From assembly GCA_977030845.1 (NCBI GenBank), contig OZ365114.1, positions 14,570,001 through 14,634,000 on the forward strand: a stretch of 64,000 bases of DNA, given 5' to 3'. Position numbers and translations under genes: made by a program. Positions 54,251-64,000 of the stretch are shown piece after piece; within the stretch, counting starts at the first letter, position 1, and the number at the start of each line of letters is the position of its first letter. Source of the DNA: Fimbriosthenelais zetlandica. Taxonomy: Eukaryota. The notes under the pieces are model-generated. The model was not told the DNA's origin. It searched no databases and saw nothing but the letters and a program-made list of their open reading frames with translations.

Positions 54251-57200
54251 TTAATTTAAGCAACATCGGATGCTTCAACGACTTAGGATGTCTATTCAAG
54301 CTTTCCAAAGACCGATGCAACCTTTTACCCAGCCGGAAGAAAAACGCATAGTGTTCCTCATATTTCCAAGGACCACAATTCTCAAGCTGGAGGATCATAA
54401 TCAACACCTGCGGTAAGGGAAAAACCCACAGTGATAGTACTTAAAATAATCTTGTGTATCTCTAGTCAGCCCTTCAAAGCACCCTCAACCCACATGGGAA
54501 GGTCATAGAAGCACCAGTCTATTCTTTGTAGATAGAAAAATTCCATTCTGTATCAAGCGAAGGGCCCTCTTGGACACACCAGTCCCATCCATGAATGTCC
54601 ATTGCAAGCATTGGACGACCACAGTGGCGCCAGGCAATTTATATAAAAGAGTCGGAAAACAAAAATAAACCGAGGCAGGGAGCAGTAGGGGAAAAAAGCC
54701 TACTGAAGCTGGGGCGTAGCGAGCACATTATCTAGTCTGTGATAGTTGGAGTGGTGCTGGAAATGTTTTACACGGTGCCCTCACTTGTTATACTTCTACC
54801 TCCGTTATCTTCACCTGAACTAAGTCCAGGGCACCCACACTTTAGACGTGCTTTATTGATGACTCTAAGCTCCAGATGAAACAAACCGATCACTGCTTGT
54901 CTCTCTGATGCTTATTTTCTATGGGACGTGATTAAATTTTGAGGGCTTGGATCAGTGGAAGGGGACGACCAGCCCGAACACTTGAGAGCAATGCCATCCT
55001 CCTCCAGAGATACGGTGTGTCACCATTCTTTCCCAGCAAACCATGCACACAGGCAGATGCCAGGGGAGCCAGAGCCGTTTGATGGAGAACTTGGGAGGAT
55101 AGGATTTATAGTCTACCTCATTATGGCCAACGTATGGCCCTTAAGGGTCCCTTAGACTGTCAAGGCAGCGTTTGAGGCCCAGGTTTCCAACGGGCTAAAC
55201 CACAGTCACCAGAAAACAAATATATACATTACTTAGAGGGGTGCGCTTCGTGTATGCCAGCAATAAAATTTGTCTGGGCTAATCCCGAAAGCACTGCTGA
55301 AGGCTCTGGAAGCTCTGCTAACCCTGAGAAGGTATCTAGTCCGGTGGAAGTGAGACTAACCAATTCATCTGATATCAGAAATAGACAGAAAGACAATCAT
55401 GTTGATACATTGGACCTGTTTCAAAACAGCTATTCGCAATGGTAAGTCTATGGGGAAAATTTGCACTGAAACAACCCCTACCTCAGGCCCCCTATTAGGT
55501 CACACCATTTATATTAAATTAGGCTACCATACTCTTTCATGGACTAAACTTTCAGAAGAAGCACCAGAAATCAGGTTAACGAATCAGAATATATAACCTG
55601 TTCGCAGCCAGAGAACTGAGGCCCATTGCGAGTAATTCTAAATAAAACTATGGTCGGAAGCACTTGGATGATAGTTTGTCACGTCGACCTTGGTGGGTGA
55701 ACATGATACATTGGCAGTAGACGGACATAGCCGCCATGGCGTGATGTTTCCTCTGCCATCCGCTTGGCGCACCACATGTGTGGGACAAATGACAGTGTTA
55801 ATGATGCCACCAAAAGCAGCGCGGCTGTCAAGATGTCAGGCAAGAGCTGACCCATTTTACAATGCTCAGTTATAACCATAGAAGAAAGTCTTTCTGCCTA
55901 CTTTATTTTCTGTTACAGGATGGCAGACCATTACGCCTGTAATTCATGGGCTGTTTCAGTGGGAAATCAATGCTTTGGATTCACTGGGAACTTAAATGGA
56001 TGGTTGTGGGTGGTCTGCCTTTCCTACAACCTTCTGATATTTCATTGTGGCATATGGAATATGAGACTTGTAGCTGCCCGTCTAGAGGCAACTTATGATT
56101 ATTGAATACTGTTACTTCTGAGAGGCAGCCCTTGATAAGCTCTTAATAAGCTCTCAATACCAAAAAAAGATACAAAGGACTTTCTTTAAACAGAGAACTT
56201 TGGGAAGAACTATTTCAGTATTTCAGTCTAACAAAGCCTACAAGTACATTGAAATCATTATTCCTTTCTGGGAGAGACAAGATATGATGAGCTGCATCTT
56301 GAAAATTCCAATGCCACAGCTGAAAGAAAGATGATGGTCACCATGGCAACTGGGAAGCTAATCGGTGTCAGCCTGGATCAATGTTTCGTATGTAAACATC
56401 CACATGACTTTCTTGCTTGAATAAAGTGGATGCAAGCAAGCTGAATCAATACTCCTCAATTAGCCTATCAGGGGACTTATCTGCAGACTAAGTAGTACTC
56501 AGATTAAACTCTTTGGTCTGTTAAAGTAAGCCTTGATTTGCCTCCAGTGGTGAATCTAATAACGGACAATGAACTTGCAATTGAAACTGCAATCTAAATC
56601 TTAGATATGGACTCGTCTTTCCATGGATTGAGAATCCAGTTCACCTTAAATTTAGCTCCAATTATTGTCAATAACTAGTGTCACATTTAATCACCATTGT
56701 CATCTGAACTGCCGTATCAAGAGCAAGCAATATGAGAAGACACGACGAATTTTATAGCTGTAAAGTATCTGAAGAACAACTTCAACGCTTCTGAAAATGT
56801 GACATGAATTTTACAAAGCGTTTGCAAAGGCTGGCGAGAGACAACCTTAAGACATCATCTTAGAACGAGATTTTTCTCTGGCAGGAAGCTTTTTTGAAAG
56901 GAGAATTCAAGTGGACTATTAGTGCAGTCTTTCCAAGCATTAGCATGGTGAAAGAGTCTTTTACCAAGTCCCCAAGTCCCTCACATTAGCCCCCGGTGGA
57001 GCTGTCTAAAGGATATTGGCTGGGCTGGTTTGTCGCGCAGCTCAGAGCCAAGGCTTCCCGCCTGCACCTGTCAGCAACGATGCAGTATATAGCCAGATCA
57101 GGTGGGCTTCTCCCATACTTCTCCATAGAACACAATATCCACTGGGGGGAATTGCTGGAAAAATAGACCATCCTATCCAGCTGACAAGAACCAGACACCA

Positions 57201-57850
57201 TTCACTTTAATAAATGTAGCCAAGGGAGGAGTGTACAGCAAACAAAAAGGGAGACTCTTTGGCCTGCTTGAAATTGAATGTATTCACGATAATAATGACA
57301 TCACAGAAGATTTTATAAGCCTTCCCTTATATGACTAGAAGTTTCTGAGATTCTCCAGATTCGCCATACATGAATTCAATGGTGACAGGATTGTTAGAGA
57401 CGCTGAAGAGGTTTGACAGATAAAAAAATGTGGTTGATGTATTCATTCGTAAGCAGGTGTATGCATACATTTAGTGAAGAGATATTTGCATAGATATGCT
57501 CAGGAATAATTGTTATGACAGTGAGAGGAAACAATAGCTTCGTCAACTAGATATTGTGTCAATTACACAACAGGAGGAAAGAAAGAGACAGAGACAGAAG
57601 GAATGGAAAGAAATGTGAAAGATATCAATGGGGACAGCTGGATTGAACACGTTGCTGTCGTCACTATGATACAATAATTCAGACCACATTCAGGCACATC
57701 AAGTCTTTGCATAATACTCCGCTTCCAATGAGCTTGACATTTTCATGTACAGACCCGTATTACAGGAATATTCAGTGACCATTTTGAAAATTATGGACCA
57801 TATTCAAGATCAATGCCGTGACGTGTTATGACATCTGTCACCTAACTAAA

Positions 57851-58581
57851 GGCAACTTTCAGCATCTGACATCTCCCTCGCCAGAATGTGGCTCCCAACG
57901 CCACCCAATGTTCATGCACATGAATGGGCATAGATCTGTAATCCTAACCCTTCCTGTGTGTTGAGTCATTGGACAAGACGGCTATGAAAAGTCGCAACAA
58001 TTGCAAGTCATGTACATCTGGTGGATATCTCAAATACTTGGTACCTTAATTGGGTACCCACCCGGGGTCATTGCCTTGTGATTCTTGCAGTGATTCTTGC
58101 AAGAGGAGCTTGTCCACAAGACCATCAACTGCAAGTGCATCAATTGCTTCCAGGAAATGGTACATTACAGGAATCGGAAGGCAACAATTAGCAATTGATA
58201 TCTCCCTCGACAGAATGTAGACCCCCATGCACCCAGTCCTTGTAGGTGACCGATATCTGTAGCGCCAGTCCCTTCCTTTGGAGGATATCGGTATGAAAGT
58301 TTGCAAGAATTGCAAGTCAAGTATAAGTAGTGGATATCTCAAATGACCTGGTACCTTAATTGGGTACCTACCCGGGGTCATTGCAAGAGGAGCTTGTCTA
58401 CAAGACCATCAACTGCAAGTGCATCAATATTGCTTCTTTGCAAGAATTGCAAGTCAAGTAAATCTAGTGGATATCTCAAATGACCTGGCAGACTAATTGG
58501 GTGCCTACCAGGGATCATTGCCTAGTGATTCTTGCAGTGATGCTTGGTAGTGTAGTTTATCTACAAGACCATCAACTGCAA
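57851..58581. repeat. Degenerate tandem repeat, ~329-bp period (copy A ~57851-58179, copy B ~58180-58437, partial copy C ~58438-58581)
   Basis: Shared blocks TTGCAAGTCA..GTGGATATCTCAAAT, GGTACCTTAATTGGGTACC, CCCGGGGTCATTGC and ACAAGACCATCAACTGCAA (the middle two are degenerate in copy C). The 5' parts of A and B also align (ATCTCCCTCG.CAGAATGT at ~57871 and ~58200). Confidence 0.9.
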
Positions 58582-61500
58582 ATACTAGTACCAATACTGA
58601 CATACATTTGTATAATGATGCTAGATTAGTAACGAAATAAAATTGTCAGATTGTGGGGGGTGACTCATACCCTACGTCACCCACCCCGGCTACGGGCCTG
58701 GCCTATATCAGGAAGACTTTTACAGAAAGGACTTGTGCTGAACTAGCAATATGGGGGTATTTTCTGTATCCTTTTTCCCTGCACATCTTCCTGGCCTTTC
58801 AACCTAAATCAATAAATGCCGAAAAGTGAAAAATGGCACAATACAAAACGTCAGTGATAGTGAATCCCCTACAGGTTTACCACAGTGTAAGTAAAGCTAA
58901 GGAAGTGTGAGAACTGCTGCCAGCCCCAGGGAAAGGAAAGATTGACACAGAGTAATTGTTTAATCAAAGAGAACACCTCAGTGCTAGCTCATAGATACGT
59001 TGGATCGAAATATTCTTTTAAAATGTTGGCATATTTTGACAGGAAAACATGCCATTCTACAAGTTTATGAAATCTGATTATATCAAGCCGAATATTATGC
59101 CAAAAGTAACCTACAATGCACATATATACTAGCGATAATTTTTAGAAAGTTTTTAGAATTTTTGTTTGCAAGTGTCTCAAAATTGTCATTGTTAAAATGT
59201 TAAACATACGATATTATACATTAAATAATATTATACAAGTTTTCATCTTCACCATGCTGTCCAACAATACAGTACGTGAAGCATTGATATTCAGAGGATG
59301 ATGTAAGAAGGGCTCGACCGTGGTTTATGCAAATGAAGCCCAGGAAAGAACTACCGAGGCCCTAGAAAGCTGGACAGGAACACGGCTATCGTAGGACTCG
59401 TGGAGAAAGTATTTGGATTAGTGCCAACTTGGAATAGAAGGCAATTTGTAAGGATATCACCCCCTTCTGTCTAAGTCATTGTTCATCTTAAAGTTCTCGC
59501 TATTTAACTGTACATATAATGATGAGGCGCTTTAAGTACGAGCGCCTGCTTCTTTATACTCGCTTGAATGTTCACATTCACACAGTCACCAAAGAAAAAA
59601 ACAATGCTTTATTTCTTGATTTACTCGTAAATGTCACTGACCATCTGTCTCTCTTCCCACATGGATGAAAACGAACTGAAATATGCAGAGGATGAAAAAA
59701 GACAGATATTGATGAAAGAAAGATGGATGCAAACAACAACCAAAAACGAAAGAAAATATATTTGTTTCCATACATTTTCTCTGCAATAATACTTTTGACA
59801 GAAAATCATAACCAGGGTTTTCTGAATCTCCTATTTTCGAGGCAGTAATGAGAATATGTATATATATGGGCGATAATTTTCGATGCAGGGGATGTGGTCT
59901 CACATCTGTGTATCATTACAAAGGCTTCTTAGGTGATGGTTAAAGAGGCTTTAGTGGAGGATGTATTGCCTGGCTGCCTGAAGGTGGATATATGCAAGGC
60001 TGAAGTGACATCCCTGTGGGAATCCATGGTCCTTCATCATTTCTCCTTGACAGCAGGGGAGGGGAATCCCTCTGCTTCTGTCTTGGAGGGCTCTCAGGAA
60101 AGACTCTGAGACATATTAACAGGATTAAACCGGCTATTAACGATGCCCGGAAGGATGGGTTTTTTTTCACCCTCAGCGAGGTCTCAAGTAGCTTGTGCAT
60201 ACCTCGGAAATATTGTCATGTACTAGTCATGAGTATGGTGCTACATTGAATACTTCTACTTTTGGTCATGGATAGTTGTTTTCCGATTCTGACACATATA
60301 TTAATATTATGCCTGAGTGTTGGCATATAATATTATAGATACATAATCCTCATCCAAGCAAAATTGTGGCTAATATTATTATACAAATGTAAGGTTAGAA
60401 TGCTTATACTCCAACGAGCTAGTGGAAGCCCATCATTTCACCTCCAAATGAGTGCCATTTTCAAATACATCAGGGTGAATCATGCATACATCAAGCTTGA
60501 GTACAAATAACAACTCTGCTTCCATATCGTGGCTTATTTCATAAGCAAACACAATGGTCTAAAGGTCAGGAGAGTTTCGCCAATAGAAGAGTGATTTTTC
60601 ACCCAATGTACGAAGATGGGACAGATTTGAAGTATGCCTTGAAAGTATGGAAAGTTAAGAGAGAATTATGAGAGTCTTATGTCAGCTTAGAAGATGATGG
60701 ATGTCCTCGGCTCAGTCAGGCAAAAGAAGAGCCTGCTAATCAGATTGCTTTAGGCAAAGTTAGATGAAAACAGGCCGCGTGGAATGATACTGTTTGAAAG
60801 TTATGGGGTTCGTAAATACTCGCATGTCACTGTTTGTGATGTGGCGTGGGAGGAGTTGCCTATGCACAATTCATGGAAACAACTATTTTATTAGTTGCCA
60901 AATAAAAACCAAATAGTTTGGATATGCATGCACGTGTGGAGTTGGTATCGGATGAATATTTCAACTTCTAGAGGCACAAATCCAAGATACCGGTGCTGCA
61001 GTCAGTTATTTATTCAGTCTAGATACCCCTCCTAGACCGAAGAGGGTAAAAAAAACTGCAGATCAACAGATAACCACATGCGACCTCTGTCTGAGAAGGG
61101 CACAGTATTCACTATAGGCTGGCTAAAACTTATTATCACTGGTGACAATGCTGATTCTCGTCCAGGACAATGGTACGGACAGCTGTTGTATGTTGCCGGA
61201 CCTAAAGTAATAAGCCCATCTACGCTTCCGAAATAAATGCAAAAGATCGAATTACGAGACGTCTTACATGATCAACCTCCTCATTAAAGACATTGCATCA
61301 GAAAAGATTTCCTTGTATTTTTACACCAAGTTTGTTGCAGGAAAAAACACCCACTTAAGATTTCTACTGAATTCACAAATATTGAGTGGACAATGTTATA
61401 TCCTGGTAGAATCTAACTAGATGGTGGTACTGAGGTGCGGATAGTATTGAAGGCCCACTCGCTGTGCTCATGAGATCCAGCAGAAAAAAAACCATCTCGA

Positions 61501-64000
61501 GTTGGTTATCAAAGGTCAGCCATGTTTGTGGTGAGAGGCATGCATATACAATGCTATAAATCCTAACACTGCACCAGTAGTGGAGCTATTGGTGTTGCCT
61601 ATTTGCCACTGTTCTTGCACCCCTACTACCACTGTTCATTGCTACATGTATCAATTGGTATGGCCATAGAAATGGCAGCATCTTGGGTCTGTGTCAGTGT
61701 AACAATTTCCCATAGACTTAGCATTGCTATTGGTTATTCTGAAACAGGCCCCTCTTCTATTCATTTTGATGTGAATCTTAGTATTGCTGGGATATGTAAC
61801 AGCAATCAACAGACCAATAACACGTACAATGGTAGTGTTCACGGTGGGGGCTTTCTGCGCTGATACAAAAGCATTTTATCTCAAATAAATGCAAGATAAA
61901 GACTGCAAAATCGTGCAATATTGCCACCTTGCTTCCGAACACATTAACCGTATTAAGAGTCCACTACGTCAAAGCATGTACAATCACCTCACTTTGCAAG
62001 GTGTAACGTTTTTTTGTGCAGAGGACAAACCAATATCTCAAATTAGGTAACACATTTCTTTAACTCCAACTCACTTCGTCTAAGACATCTCTTAACTGTG
62101 GCCGGGCTTTTACCTTTCTTCAAACTAAACATCCATTTTAAAGGAAGAGAAGGACAACATCTAAGCACACCATCACCATCAGGATATAGGAGATGTAGAA
62201 ACGTTTCTTTTCAAACTTGCTGAGTCACCTTCTTGTACATTCAGCTTTGACTATTTAGATATCATGAATACAGATTAACTTTCAACTATAGGAAATTTCG
62301 ATAGGAAACTTAAAAAGCAGAAACACTTTTAGATCCAGTATGAAGAATAATGCAGTATCCATTCAGGAAGCTGTCCCCTTTTCTGCAAAGAACATTTTAC
62401 CAATCTCCAACATTTTCCACCTTCAAAACTGGAGAGGAAATCATCCTAAAACTTCTTTTTCCCAAGCCGTACAAAACTCCAGATGGAGGGATGGATTACA
62501 AAGATTATGGGAGCTGACTTTTTTGTACTATTTCTCAAGCTTAAATTCTCTTATTTCACTGCCTCTAGCATCTTTTCCCATTGTGGGGGCATGATAATCA
62601 CTGCATTCTATCGGTGTAAATCAGTGTGTTTTTCACCCATGATGAAGTGCTAGGTGGAGAGAAGCAAGCCAACCTAATATTGCCATCAGTGTTATTTGTG
62701 ACGACGTTGGCGCATCACACGACCTTAGGGGCCAGCGTTACCGCCACCTATCGGGACGCCTTTTCACCCCTGTCTTCATTGGATCATCAGGTCCAAGCAA
62801 ACGCCATCAGAGGTCACTACGGGAAACAAGCAAGGTTATGACCCATGGTGGGAGGCCTAGCAAGGCGGGCTTTGTGACGTTGGAGCATGGGTAGGTGGGT
62901 GGGACTGCCCTAGCAGCTGGGAAGGCCAATATAGTTTACCCTCCCTTCTGCGGGAAACACTGTTACTCGGATCAGCATAATGGTATAAATGATAGAGGTG
63001 ACAACTTTGATTATGCTCTAGATGCACATTCAAGTAATGGTTCCACATGTATTCATGAACCCAATATGTCGGTGGATATCAGGCAGATGATGCGACATGT
63101 CGAAATGGGAAAAAAATAGGTCGGCTCATGGATTGTTATAGGAGATGCTGGGATGTTGGGTTAGAAATGCAGGTGCCTCTGCTTAAATTTCTTCCTTCCC
63201 AGAGAGCATCCAGCACTGTGGGCCTTGCCCTGGCTGAATCTGCCTGTCCATGGGCTGCTCCATAGTGGATCTGAATGGTTGCTGCATGGGTGCCGGGCAC
63301 AGCCATAACTCAATAACCCATTGCGCCTTCTGCTTCTGATTATGGCAGGCCGAACGAATAAGAAATCAATATATGGAGCAGTGTGGAGGGTGACCCTCGG
63401 ACGGACACATCCGAGTTAGATGTTCCCCTCTTTCTTTCTCCTCGCCAGGGTTATAGAGATACCGACACTTTTCGGGATCTCATTTCTGCCCCTTATACTA
63501 GCCAACCTTGCACATGCCAAGCCTGGTGTAATTATCAAATGGATCTAAAGCGGGTTTCTGTAGGCTAGGCGACTCAGTACTAATCATATAGCAGTCATGA
63601 TATTCCGTCTGTAAGGGATCCATCTGGTATAAATGGGCTATGGTATGAATAACAAGGCTATTTTTTATTAAAAATGCAAGCATCAACGCTGCCAGGATAT
63701 GGAACATACCCAAGGACAACGCCTTCCCTTGCTCACTATATTTGTTATACGCCTTGCACCTCCTTGATTATATTTATAAATGAATTGTGGATTATTATAA
63801 AAATTCACTTAGAGAACACTTAGATAATACAGAACCTAATTGATTTTTACATCCATCAGAATTAAAAGACAAAGTTTCAATGTCTCCTTTAAGTGAGTCC
63901 TAGTAAATTACATACTATGGCATTTTGAATTGCACTTGATTCAATGGTTGAATATCAAAAGCCAGTACACACTTGTCATGATCTAAGACCGGGAGTACCA

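Noticed and set aside
58000-58581. Hammerhead ribozyme / retrozyme in the tandem repeat
   Set aside because: I found no CTGATGA...GAAA core on either strand of the unit.
57750-58700. Non-autonomous DNA transposon bounded by CAGACCCGTA / TACGGGCCTG
   Set aside because: Only a 9/10 short match, and the flanks (TTCATGTA versus GCCTATAT) give no target-site duplication.
1-64000. Short ORFs (60-134 aa) in the provided track as cellular genes or exons
   Set aside because: Their lengths are as expected by chance, they overlap on both strands, and they show no recognisable cellular domains. Small spliced exons cannot be excluded without RNA data.

Overview
The window looks like non-coding eukaryotic DNA from a large, transposon-rich genome. 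By eye it is about 40-45% GC and CpG-poor. The six-frame track has no ORF longer than 134 aa, and I found no credible cellular gene, rRNA, tRNA or CRISPR array. Manual translation recovers broken but correctly ordered and spaced motifs of ancient retroelements: a Ty3/Gypsy pol on the minus strand (~33.8-35.6 kb), an LTR/retrovirus-type RT (~11 kb), several LINE RT/endonuclease fragments, and DIRS-like tyrosine-recombinase/RNase H fragments. These calls are by-eye motif matches across stops and frameshifts, so confidence is low to moderate. One structure stands out against this decayed background. A 445-bp CpG-rich cassette (43371-43815) is bracketed by a perfect 40-bp direct repeat. It holds seven tandem 55-bp units, most carrying a CCAAT (NF-Y) box and two back-to-back E2F-type sites, followed by an NRF1-like palindrome. 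It looks like a recently inserted or duplicated, portable cell-cycle promoter/enhancer module; its function is inferred only. A second, larger degenerate tandem repeat with a palindromic core lies at ~57.85-58.6 kb.
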